DNA of 64,000 nucleotides from Elusimicrobiota bacterium (GTDB lineage Bacteria; Elusimicrobiota; Elusimicrobia; F11): NCBI GenBank assembly GCA_046153645.1, contig JBJXGI010000044.1, positions 513 to 64,512 of the forward strand, read 5' to 3'. Shown piece by piece: positions 54,501 to 62,059 of this stretch (position 1 is its first letter; each line of letters starts with the position of its first letter). The notes under the pieces were generated by a model. It saw only the letters and a program-made list of their open reading frames with translations, ran no database searches and was not told where the DNA came from. The position numbers and the translations under genes were made by a program.

Positions 54501-57500
54501 TCATAACCAAGACTCGCTTGATCATGAAACCGAGTAGACAAAGCCAGTTGGAGCAGAAAAGGGACAGATAAATACCCATACAAAGGGTCCCTATGATCTT
54601 GAATTTTAATGAAATCTGGACCTTGGGGCCCTCCCCAATTTTCAGGATACTTTTGCTTTATTGTTTGTGCCAAAGAAGTGATCAATAAATCCCACTGCTC
54701 AAGCTGACGATCAGAAATACCAACTAATTTTTTATCTAAAACATAAAGGGCCAAACCCAGAAATACATCCAGAAGAGTTGTATCTCGCGGAGAGATATTA
54801 AAAGTATAAATATTCGTTTGTAACATAGCCTGAACATTTTTGGATAGGTGCGATTCAATATCTTTCAATAGAAAGTTCAAATCTATATCGGGATTCATTT
54901 GAAATTCTTCCAAGCGACCTAAGAACCCTTTAAAAACAAGATCTTCATGAACTTTAGCGGGTTGTTTTTTAATTGGCTTTACAGCAACGTAGAGTTGAAT
55001 GGCAGACCCCGTAATGTCAAATGGAACGGACGTATTTTTAACTTCAAATCCAATATCTTCAAGATCTTTTCGATTTAAAAGTAATGAGGTGAAACCGCCC
55101 AGAATAAATTTTCCACCTTCAGGTAAAACCTTGAAAATTTCTTTCGCCATATGGAGAGCAACAGCGCGGTCCGTCACTTGAAAATTTAATCCCCCAATCG
55201 CGGTTATAACTTGAGGATGACCAGGAGCTAATGCAGCGAGGTCTGTCTCCGTTGTGAATTTATGTTCAATTATTCTTGATGGAATATGTCTGATTTTATC
55301 TCCTACCTCAGAATTTCCATCAATAATGGTGTATTCAAATTTTCCGTGATGTGATTTCCTTAACAGTTTGTTGAGATTTCTGAGAAATGTACCATCTCCC
55401 CCAAAAAGATCCCAAATCTCTAAATCAGTTGATTTTTCATTTCTGAGTAACTCATAAACCACATGAAGGAACAATGGATGAATAGAAAGTTGATAAGCCC
55501 AAAAAGGTGCGGTCCATTTCCAGTTGTCCCACTTATATTCTTCGCGAACTGCACTCTCTCTTGAAGTGAGATCCAACTCCCAATCATTTCCGTTTAGGAG
55601 TGTGATAAGAGGTTCTATTTCTCTTTCTAAAAACATGGGGTCCTCAATATGAATAAGTAGATCAGACGTTGGAAAGTAAACAAATGAACGTTCAGCGTGA
55701 AAAATGATGTCGCCAATATCCGGATTATATTTAGATGTAAAAAAACGATAACCCATTACATTTCCTTCGATCATTTGTTTTTTTAATTCGGTTTCGTGCT
55801 CTTTTGTTAAATTACTTAAAGTTGATTTCGATTTCATCGATTGAACAAGACGACTAAGATGTTTTTTGATTGCTTCGGTATTATTTTGAGCAGGATATTT
55901 TCTATCTATTAATTCTCCAGAAGGGGAAATAATAAGTCGAGGTTCTTCAACAAAAACCGCATTCATGACGAGATCAGGAATTGTTTCCACCAAAAACTGC
56001 GCTGCTGTAGATGCAAGTTGAGGAATTTTCTGAAGGTTATTTCGCTGAATTTGAATCACGATAAAAAAGAAAATAAAGAATATGGTGTCGAAGACTAAAA
56101 ATTGAATGGTTTGATTCTTAAGATAAAACGTGAGAGCAGAAGCCACCAAAAAAGAGAGCGTTTTAGAAATAGCGATATCAACAATTAAATTTTTGATTTG
56201 ATTCCTTGAACCGAAAGCCATAGACAGGTCAAATTGATTAAACCGTGCTTTAACAAGCGAGTCTGAACCTTCAACAACCGTTCCTCCTTTAAAAATACCG
56301 GTTAAAAGAGACTCAGCCCATTTTTTTGTTTTTTGAAAACTAGCCATGGTTATCAGCGCTCTTAAAAATGAACCTTCTATAATCGGCGCTTTGGCCAAGA
56401 AAAGTTTATCCCCATCAAATAATTTATTTAGCGGTGTTTTTTCCTGCGCAAAAGCGTTCAAAAGGTATTCTGATCCATCGACAGCAGTCACTTTTGTCAT
56501 TTTAGGGGTCAGCGAAATAACGCTGTAGCCTGCTGTTGTTAAAAAATTTTCTATTCCAGTTGAGTGGAAACCGCCTGTGACGAGAATGGGGCAAGACGAC
56601 GTACTTAGTCCTTTCATACTAAGAACGCCTTTGCCTTCACTAAGTACGTCTTTTAAAATAAGTTTCGCCATCTTCTCATCTCTTATTTCCGCTTCCTCAT
56701 AAAACCTCTCGAAAGCTGTTAAATCCAAATTATTTAAATCTAATTTCCATTTTCTAATTTCTAATTTCTTCTCCTGGTATTTCACCCACTCTTCACGCGT
56801 CAGAGAAAAGGCTGTTAACTTTTTCACTAAGCGAAACCATTGAACGTGACCACTGTATTCTTTTTCCTGAGTGGTATGAGACAGTTCTCCGTAAATTTCT
56901 TGTTCTAATTGGCTTATTTCTCTAAAAAGTTCTTCCCCTTTTATCTTTTGTGATTGGCCAAGATATTCAAAATATTTTTTTAGTTCACACTGAGGGTCTA
57001 CCTTGACTCCTTTTTTTTGGGCTAAACCTTGTAACATTCCATAAAAGTCAGAAGGGCTTAAGTCTCCGTTTTTTAACGCCATTCCAGCAGTGGTAAAAAT
57101 TTTGGTTTCTTGAGGAGAGAGCTTATGCCAAATCTGCGCAATAAAATCTGTTCGTTCTTGTTCAATTTTTTTGATTTGTAATGTTTTTTCTGCTTTATAA
57201 GCTTCTTTAAAAAGAATCGTTTGTTTGTGTTGTGGGTGCGCCCATTTGGCTAGCGTTAAAATATACTCCCCTAACGACAATTCTTTATTGTTATAGCGAC
57301 TCACCCAATCGTCAAACTCAATTAATTTTTTATTGTTTAGTTCACTCCGGGTCTTAATTAGGCGGTTTTCTTCTTGTTTGATTCTGTTTTCAACTTCCTC
57401 TTTTATCTTACGGATATTTTGGTAGGCCTCGACATTCGCGTGGTAATGTGTTTTTTCATCAATCCCGATGAGTTGTATTTTTCTTTCAGGGTGGCTTAAA

Positions 57501-58024
57501 GCGGTGAAGACGGGCCCTGATATTTTTCCTATTTTCAACAAATAGGTTGCAACTTTTTTTACGCTCTCCTGATCTTCAAAGGAATGAACGTTTTCTAAGT
57601 CGATGGCATGAAACGCCCCTTCTAACCCCACTGTGACCTTAGCGGTGTTTTGACTCATTTTTTCTATCAAGGCTGCGATGTTCCGCTGTGCTTCTTCATT
57701 TTGGTGAATGTCTTGGATATGGAGAATGGTCCCTTTAGAATTCTTTGGTCGAACCACTTTTCTAATGGTTCCATAGGCCAATAATGGGGTGAGGGTGCTA
57801 TCCAAGTCTGAGGTGTTTTTTAGAGATACAAAAGAAGGTGTATGTGAAAAAATGGACGGCAAAGAGCTTTTACCAACAGACGAAGAATCAATATGAACAA
57901 TTGATTTCTGCCGCTCTTTCCACAGGCTGGTTTCAGAGAAATGAGCCAATACGCTTTGGCTCAAAAAAATCAGTACCGCCATAACGGCACTTATACTTTT
58001 CTTAAGTTTTTTACTCCATTTCAT
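48527..58024 (-). CDS. Large 3,165-aa membrane protein, paralogous at the N-terminus to the giant protein; methyltransferase-like and UDPGP-family domains
   Basis: HIQDIHQNEEAQ, VGLEGAF, GGFH, FAQEKTPL shared with 10800..41339; DLFGGDG SAM motif I; NSGAGARF, RPLG, GDNI, EKGG nucleotidyltransferase-like motifs. Confidence 0.85.
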   Translation of the reverse strand: MKWSKKLKKSISAVMAVLIFLSQSVLAHFSETSLWKERQKSIVHIDSSSVGKSSLPSIFSHTPSFVSLKNTSDLDSTLTPLLAYGTIRKVVRPKNSKGTILHIQDIHQNEEAQRNIAALIEKMSQNTAKVTVGLEGAFHAIDLENVHSFEDQESVKKVATYLLKIGKISGPVFTALSHPERKIQLIGIDEKTHYHANVEAYQNIRKIKEEVENRIKQEENRLIKTRSELNNKKLIEFDDWVSRYNNKELSLGEYILTLAKWAHPQHKQTILFKEAYKAEKTLQIKKIEQERTDFIAQIWHKLSPQETKIFTTAGMALKNGDLSPSDFYGMLQGLAQKKGVKVDPQCELKKYFEYLGQSQKIKGEELFREISQLEQEIYGELSHTTQEKEYSGHVQWFRLVKKLTAFSLTREEWVKYQEKKLEIRKWKLDLNNLDLTAFERFYEEAEIRDEKMAKLILKDVLSEGKGVLSMKGLSTSSCPILVTGGFHSTGIENFLTTAGYSVISLTPKMTKVTAVDGSEYLLNAFAQEKTPLNKLFDGDKLFLAKAPIIEGSFLRALITMASFQKTKKWAESLLTGIFKGGTVVEGSDSLVKARFNQFDLSMAFGSRNQIKNLIVDIAISKTLSFLVASALTFYLKNQTIQFLVFDTIFFIFFFIVIQIQRNNLQKIPQLASTAAQFLVETIPDLVMNAVFVEEPRLIISPSGELIDRKYPAQNNTEAIKKHLSRLVQSMKSKSTLSNLTKEHETELKKQMIEGNVMGYRFFTSKYNPDIGDIIFHAERSFVYFPTSDLLIHIEDPMFLEREIEPLITLLNGNDWELDLTSRESAVREEYKWDNWKWTAPFWAYQLSIHPLFLHVVYELLRNEKSTDLEIWDLFGGDGTFLRNLNKLLRKSHHGKFEYTIIDGNSEVGDKIRHIPSRIIEHKFTTETDLAALAPGHPQVITAIGGLNFQVTDRAVALHMAKEIFKVLPEGGKFILGGFTSLLLNRKDLEDIGFEVKNTSVPFDITGSAIQLYVAVKPIKKQPAKVHEDLVFKGFLGRLEEFQMNPDIDLNFLLKDIESHLSKNVQAMLQTNIYTFNISPRDTTLLDVFLGLALYVLDKKLVGISDRQLEQWDLLITSLAQTIKQKYPENWGGPQGPDFIKIQDHRDPLYGYLSVPFLLQLALSTRFHDQASLGYDELSFSYVNLPPLYRDRVEKLSLFITGTHLQPNIYPREVTDFKSSLVSFKYALERLKEALEKGASDVKNALEWELAIGTYLFGLAYKDDKLIEIDLDAKPFLWDIPYRQNELEGNKLESNSDWVAMKKEFYDLIYTHQAEIKSSLTALKKEVQDVPDGQSWLSQRWVVMVHFFMNLPPWNHGASMESLMVGPQDYSADIFKHFFEFELKENSTHPEAKEQGGRFLVSRNLSPVLPVIAELENKLIQKPAPIPDPQQVIFEEGLKAIEELIALRPEIHKEIDGVISDSPMPNKQDFIDVLDFFKNYGPDKILRKTNEQLEINLRTFLVAGGKGRPIAHRQDTSVTFEGVLKTVRFFDKIPKDRESLVNMGKSLLDYYIFSLLVVSMAGKWEKWGDGYTTRVETLLKKLQFDDNSSGHVFVRDSSSLVTLAGSGYSMEAMEYLDIEDRAIEKFPNHAMLSALEIARHLRAIFYSLIVKLMPTSKSRHEKENKIDFVLLMLYLNSLLKEYLSTSGIRKKEMGRILLNIFSSDSDLLLNKEGLKRLKDLIDEDRKIISEPHSLSADQAKKYDVLIDNVFNFLETAAPQLSIQLEAEDGNSESEDAYDPASLFLFFSSDVMNLMAVTSLLYPEFKKIAFEDHLFSDAMGTSEISAELKSKWILELKKIIRRVRPHNNRQLDEFIFRDPSITYSRGGGKIFRSELKNNLNKFVEEKSGTSDISSVAPASLIYLYGISDEAPDWLQKFTRKFSTLFKWIGLVGAMLEAYVITQYLLPLDGIYVFWILLTIIFLHAELAYTIYKQNGGEASYKVLIFAWLQFGLIFGFYPFAQHFFGSYWPAVAFHLIIDFLIIFQDQIRSRLEKFIEKNIPGYRDLDPKYRNFRNDRDFYGLNNSPILNDISALNPKPRFGNNLSLSNSVGALFSSVGLLGLLYYFTPTILVSAIIFPIIFVVSYFIFQALGLMILAVLRSIGFIRAGPQGEYRLIRYLGYRGAIKISWIQDYFPTGATPQSHPELFALLDLKNPQSLYRKISLSHTVFLNELHPSLPNKKVILINEKKADPLSQVIAAPHEFMLFRIFYVRKYTVFLPLHWIINLLNEAIAFVGSSLASIPIFVDVLYQQRGLEHDRLAPDLRYRLKKYINPDTGGHYTEKDLEFFNGNPEVVHPLLKEETDLLGHQDPQAHQIVHLLDLTIVDPQTKKPVTVATLISEFKWDLALKAITRAVPPVLGMTARQFNSIILTHRNNQIIKDDELVGSIPDKPGKLIPVKLADGPEKIVDLTGLSPAEREAGQVLLERAFAEGKVASIQMNSGAGARFSDSKPWVPEFLTKAVLGVLQITFKNARIFSSVAALNLILWAGFVPVRAAKSFVSFLVTRDNKSYVQADINHDPLIQILGFKDQVNLSLTTAQSALPFLNRFGGVLYVPGDSGEKLWVRPLGALDAIFTHVINGDFFKWAHQGVEVASVKAGDNITVPDGNAIKILRDSGKPIMVILVDRELMFNLDIDGQPVSIKTLGNKKVISSQGLSETVRVREGRSFVYSSIKFKDEEKGEGKIILRKDGKKYFIDESKTQLPEGVSIKKDKQGAVEMHLDNNDVLSPKLQFLSSTLSDIPLVDVTLATADRQDVVFTVSYESTQRKPIPFIEEKTEEGWKEVPNTRIKIKEIVFEKGGTPFQNDIRDDHELEKSAEVDRLKLENRVLNSGEMLVHLPWLLEALGFSQNDWAHPPIQDEVLEKIWDRYKNVPPSVDTQKFRLDPRIKGHQLAWILAALLRADLDVVYAVVDREGVKTPGGYFALKESDTLKKQFEGISRMLETVLARLKEKSPEVDLSLLPPYLLAAEWTHVLFIAHSLMNGKSYWDPLPGQETSTHAVAKVVLNRKALLDHSQDMETSGLNLNAGERLLQMVQRTFVDIYKAGYKVFYQDKDSIKIPEDDTDTIEVLISAQPNNTALQTLDELKKSLESNFGVQVDILPPHIIDAAPKVGGPLLDKKIGGHEKGSQQA
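56598..56650. repeat. In-frame palindromic element with 12-bp perfect arms
   Basis: GACGTACTTAGT...ACTAAGTACGTC with an internal third arm ACTAAGAACGCC. Confidence 0.85.
56741..56768. repeat. In-frame heptamer run
   Basis: taatttc cattttc taatttc taatttc; encodes KLEIRKWKL. Confidence 0.75.
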
Positions 58025-58168
58025 CCAATCATCTTAAGAAAATGAACTTAAGGTTTCTTTAAGATTTGGTAAAAAAGTTGTAACGATTTTCACAACTTGT
58101 GCGAATTTTATGTCTGATTTGTGCGCAATATGGGCTGGGAATTAAAACGTGTCTCTGAAGAGATTAAG

Positions 58169-59239
58169 CTAGACCTTGAAATGAATGTGAAGGACATCGC
58201 CATCTTGAGTGATGTAATCTTTTCCTTCCATTCTTATTTTGCCTTTGGTTCGTAGCTCTGTTTCAGAGCCAACTTCAATAATTTCTTTGGCGTTATAAAC
58301 TTCAGCACGAATAAAACCTTTCTCTAAATCAGAGTGAATTTTACCAGCCGCTTTAACAACGGGGCTTCCCTCTTGAACATGCCAAGCATGCACTTCTTTG
58401 GGACCAGCGGCAAAGAAAATAATGAGCTTAAGTAACTTTTGGCCCGCGGCAGCTAAACGCTCTAACCCGCTTAACTGCATTCCCAAAGCTTCTCGGTAAG
58501 AGGCACGTTCTTCTTCAGAAAGCATCATAATTTCAGCTTCTAATTTGGCATTTAATTCCACAACTCCAGCCCCTTGCTCTTTTGCGAAATCATAAACCAT
58601 TTGAATATTTTCTTTTTTAGAATCTTCACTGGTGTTGGCAACATATAAAATAGGCTTGGAAGTCAAAAAATTAAATTCCTGGACGATTGAATGATCAATA
58701 TCTAGTTTACGAACGGGAATACTTTTATGAAGGCCTTCTTGAATTTTCTGCAATACTTCGTAGTATTTTTTAGCTTCTTCGTTTCCAGATCGAGATAAAC
58801 CCGCGTATTTGTCTTTAAGTTTTTCAACCTGCTCTAAATCAGCCAACATGAGCTCTGTAGAGATAATTTCTGCATCTTTTTTAGGATTTACATCTCCAAT
58901 GACATTGACAATATCTTTGTCTTCAAAACAACGAACCACCTGAGCAATAGCATCGACTGTCCGAATATCGGATAAAAATTTATTACCCCTTCCTTCGCCT
59001 TTACTGGCCCCTGGCATGAGACCAGCAATATCAAGAAATCGGATAGCAGCTGAAATAAGTTTTGGGGCAGAAAAAATTTTCTGGAGTTGATAAAGTCTTT
59101 CGTCTTTAATGGGGACCACACCCACATTCGGCTCAATGGTTGTGAAAGGAAAATTTGAAGATGCCACCCCTGCGGCGGTCAGCGCATTAAACAAAGAAGA
59201 TTTTCCTACATTCGGCAATCCAACAATTCCAATTTCCAT
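58169..59239 (-). CDS. ychF: Redox-regulated ATPase YchF
   Basis: GIVGLPNVGKS, FPFTTIEPN, DIAGL, AAGKIHSD, GFIRAEV. Confidence 0.96.
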   Translation of the reverse strand: MEIGIVGLPNVGKSSLFNALTAAGVASSNFPFTTIEPNVGVVPIKDERLYQLQKIFSAPKLISAAIRFLDIAGLMPGASKGEGRGNKFLSDIRTVDAIAQVVRCFEDKDIVNVIGDVNPKKDAEIISTELMLADLEQVEKLKDKYAGLSRSGNEEAKKYYEVLQKIQEGLHKSIPVRKLDIDHSIVQEFNFLTSKPILYVANTSEDSKKENIQMVYDFAKEQGAGVVELNAKLEAEIMMLSEEERASYREALGMQLSGLERLAAAGQKLLKLIIFFAAGPKEVHAWHVQEGSPVVKAAGKIHSDLEKGFIRAEVYNAKEIIEVGSETELRTKGKIRMEGKDYITQDGDVLHIHFKV

Positions 59240-59241
59240 TT

Positions 59242-60018
59242 TTATTTCCTTTTTGGATTAAAACAAGTTCCAGCGCCAGCTTGTTTATTCAAAATTTTTG
59301 AGAGCACATCGGATTCATAACCTGAGGCTAACCAAGTCTCGATCCCATGCGTTGTTGCCATTTTAGCAGCTGTTAACTTGGTTACAATTCCACCTACCGA
59401 CATCTTTGATCCCTTTACAGTTAAAGCCGACTTTTGCATTTGAGCTGTAACCTTTTTTACCACTGGAATCACTTTCTCTGTTAACTTCCCAGATTCATCA
59501 ACTTCATAAAGTCCTTTTACATCAGACAATAAAATAAGTTTGTCCGCATGAACTTTTGTCGCAACAACGGCGGAAAGAGTGTCATTGTCTCCAAATTGAA
59601 TTTCAGCGGTTGAAACAGAATCATTTTCATTGATAATGGGGATGGCCTTAAGAGATAGAAGATGAAGCAAAGTGTTTTTGACGTTTAGATATCTTTCTTT
59701 GTGTGTTAAATCTTCGCGGGTTAATAGAATTTGGGCGGGGGTAATACCAAACCTTGAAAAAGCCTTCTCATAAGCTTCCATAAGAACCAATTGTCCCACA
59801 GCTGCAGAAGCTTGTTTAGCACGAAGCTCTGTGGGCCTTTCATGCAATCCTAATCGAGCCACGCCGGCGGCAATAGCACCAGAGGTAACAAGTATCACTT
59901 CATGACCTTTTTTATGGAGAGAGGCGAGTTGTTTGGCTAAATGAGCTACGGCAGAAGGGTCGAGCCCTCCTTTTTTATGCGAAATGATGGCAGATCCAGA
60001 TTTAACAACAATTCTCAT
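59242..60018 (-). CDS. proB: Glutamate 5-kinase lacking the PUA domain
   Basis: IVVKSGS, VTSGAIAAG, AAVGQ, PIINEND, FGDNDTLSA. Confidence 0.95.
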   Translation of the reverse strand: MRIVVKSGSAIISHKKGGLDPSAVAHLAKQLASLHKKGHEVILVTSGAIAAGVARLGLHERPTELRAKQASAAVGQLVLMEAYEKAFSRFGITPAQILLTREDLTHKERYLNVKNTLLHLLSLKAIPIINENDSVSTAEIQFGDNDTLSAVVATKVHADKLILLSDVKGLYEVDESGKLTEKVIPVVKKVTAQMQKSALTVKGSKMSVGGIVTKLTAAKMATTHGIETWLASGYESDVLSKILNKQAGAGTCFNPKRK

Positions 60019-60020
60019 TT

Positions 60021-61316
60021 TTATCGTCGAGGCGGCATCCGAGGTGGCATCATTTGGTATCCCATTCCCGGTTCAAAATTAAAATGATATCCCGCAATGG
60101 TAACGGGGTCACCATTCAAGGCGCCAGCTGCCAACAACTGCCGTTCAACCCCAATTTTTTTTAAGATATTTTGTGTTCGCATGACCGCTTCAGGTAAATC
60201 AAAATTGGTCATTTGAACAATACGTTCTACTTTTTTCCCTTTCACAAACCAAACCTTCTTTTGTTTTTCTACCCAAAAGTCAGCTTCAAGTTTTATGTGC
60301 ACAGGCTTTTGAACTATCTCAAAATCAGGTTCTGGATATTCATCAATAAGTTTGGCCGTTTCCGATAATAACTGTTCAATACCCAGACCTGTAACGCCTG
60401 AAACAGCAAGAACCTTTGATTTTTTATGCGCTTTTTTTATTTCTTTAAAAACTTTTTCGCCTTCAGCTAAATCTTGCTTATTCACCACAATAAGCTGAGG
60501 TTTCTTAGCCAAAATTTTTGAATATGATTTTAATTCATTATTAATAATACCAATACTTTCTTTGGCGGGCTTATTGGAAAACCCAAGGGGATCAATAACA
60601 TGAACCAAAATACGGGTCCGCTCAATATGTTTGAGAAAATCATGCCCTAAACCTTTACCCGCATGAGATCCTTCAATGAGTCCTGGAATATCTGCAAAAA
60701 TAATTTCCCGGTGATGATACACACCCACACCTAAATTCGGGTGAAGCGTCGTAAAAGGGTAGTTGGCAATTTTAGGGTTGGCTCGAGTTAAACGAGAAAG
60801 AAGCGTAGATTTTCCGGCATTAGGTAAACCAATAAGTCCTACATCTGCAATGGTTTTTAAGTGTAATTCGAGTTCAAAATCTTCTCCCGGTTCTCCTTTT
60901 TCGGCAATACGAGGCGTTTGTCGAACACTATTTTTAAAATGGACATTGCCTCTGCCACCACGCCCCCCTTTGGCTACCAATAACTCTTGGCCATTTTTGA
61001 CAAGATCAGCCAAGAGAGAGCCTTGTTGATAAATGCTTGTGCCACAGGGAACTTTTAAAATAAGGTTAGCGCCCGTTAATCCGAATTTATGATAACTGCT
61101 ACCGGACTCACCATTTTGGGCTTCATATTTGGGTTTTCGAATAAAATCAAGTAAGGTCCTTAAATGGCTATCGGCTTGAATCAGAATATCCCCACCACGC
61201 CCCCCATCTCCACCATTGGGGCCACCTTTGGGAATAAATTTTTCTCGACGGAAAGCACAGCTTCCATCGCCACCATTACCTGCTTTAACTCTAATTTTTG
61301 CGGAATCAATAAACAT
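60021..61316 (-). CDS. obgE: GTPase ObgE/CgtA
   Basis: Gly-rich Obg fold, GLPNAGKST, YPFTTL, DIPGL, NKQD, C-terminal OCT-like domain. Confidence 0.97.
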   Translation of the reverse strand: MFIDSAKIRVKAGNGGDGSCAFRREKFIPKGGPNGGDGGRGGDILIQADSHLRTLLDFIRKPKYEAQNGESGSSYHKFGLTGANLILKVPCGTSIYQQGSLLADLVKNGQELLVAKGGRGGRGNVHFKNSVRQTPRIAEKGEPGEDFELELHLKTIADVGLIGLPNAGKSTLLSRLTRANPKIANYPFTTLHPNLGVGVYHHREIIFADIPGLIEGSHAGKGLGHDFLKHIERTRILVHVIDPLGFSNKPAKESIGIINNELKSYSKILAKKPQLIVVNKQDLAEGEKVFKEIKKAHKKSKVLAVSGVTGLGIEQLLSETAKLIDEYPEPDFEIVQKPVHIKLEADFWVEKQKKVWFVKGKKVERIVQMTNFDLPEAVMRTQNILKKIGVERQLLAAGALNGDPVTIAGYHFNFEPGMGYQMMPPRMPPRR

Positions 61317-61321
61317 AAAAT

Positions 61322-61357
61322 AAAAAAGGCAGGCTCATCAACAAAATGAAACCTGCC
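61322..61357 (-). terminator. Hairpin plus U tract between rpmA and obgE
   Basis: GGCAGGUUUCAU...AUGAGCCUGCC followed by UUUUUU. Confidence 0.6.
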
Positions 61358-61377
61358 CTCATAAAAGGAGATTTAAC

Positions 61378-61668
61378 TTAGGCTACGCTTTCTTTAGCTG
61401 CGGGATAAACACTAATTCGCTGACGACCACCCCAACGCCCTGGAGTTTTGCTCATTCGTTCAAATCGAACAATGCCTTGTTTTAAAGCGAATAACGTATC
61501 GTTGCTACCGCGACCAACATTTGTACCTGGATGAAAATGAGTTCCATTTTGTCGAACAATCACTTCACCCGCATTGACCAATTGACTACCAAACCGTTTA
61601 ACCCCAAGTCGCTGGCCGGCAGAATCTCGGCCATTTGATGTAGATCCTTGTGATTTTGTATGTGCCAT
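61378..61668 (-). CDS. rpmA: 50S ribosomal protein L27
   Basis: [28 protein letters not shown]. Confidence 0.97.
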   Translation of the reverse strand: MAHTKSQGSTSNGRDSAGQRLGVKRFGSQLVNAGEVIVRQNGTHFHPGTNVGRGSNDTLFALKQGIVRFERMSKTPGRWGGRQRISVYPAAKESVA

Positions 61669-61687
61669 GATGTAAATCCTCTATTTT

Positions 61688-62011
61688 TTATTTCGGAAGG
61701 GAAATTTGCTTAACGCGAAGCTCTGTGAGCCATTGTCTATGACCTTGGGTCTTTTTATAGACTTTTTTCTGTCGTTCTTTATAGACAATAATTTTTGGAG
61801 CTCTAAACTGCCTGACAACTTCCGCTGTCACACTGGCTCCGGAAATAAGAGGACGACCGGTTAAAATTTTACTGTCGCTCTTTGCGAAAAGGACATCGCT
61901 AATTTTAACTTCTTCCCCTGCTTTGGCTTCAAGTTTTTCTACGCGAAGGGTTTCTCCCTCAGCAACGCGGTATTGTTTTCCGCCTGTTTGTACAATAGCA
62001 TATGAATTCAT
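61688..62011 (-). CDS. rplU: 50S ribosomal protein L21
   Basis: YAIVQTGGKQYRV, GHRQ. Confidence 0.97.
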   Translation of the reverse strand: MNSYAIVQTGGKQYRVAEGETLRVEKLEAKAGEEVKISDVLFAKSDSKILTGRPLISGASVTAEVVRQFRAPKIIVYKERQKKVYKKTQGHRQWLTELRVKQISLPK

Positions 62012-62020
62012 AGGGTCAGG

Positions 62021-62049
62021 ATCATAACCTAATTATTTTCTATCGTCAA
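62021..62049 (-). promoter_or_regulatory. sigma70-type promoter of rplU
   Basis: TTGACG-17 bp-TATGAT, 9 nt before the ATG. Confidence 0.65.
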
Positions 62050-62059
62050 TAGAAAGCTT

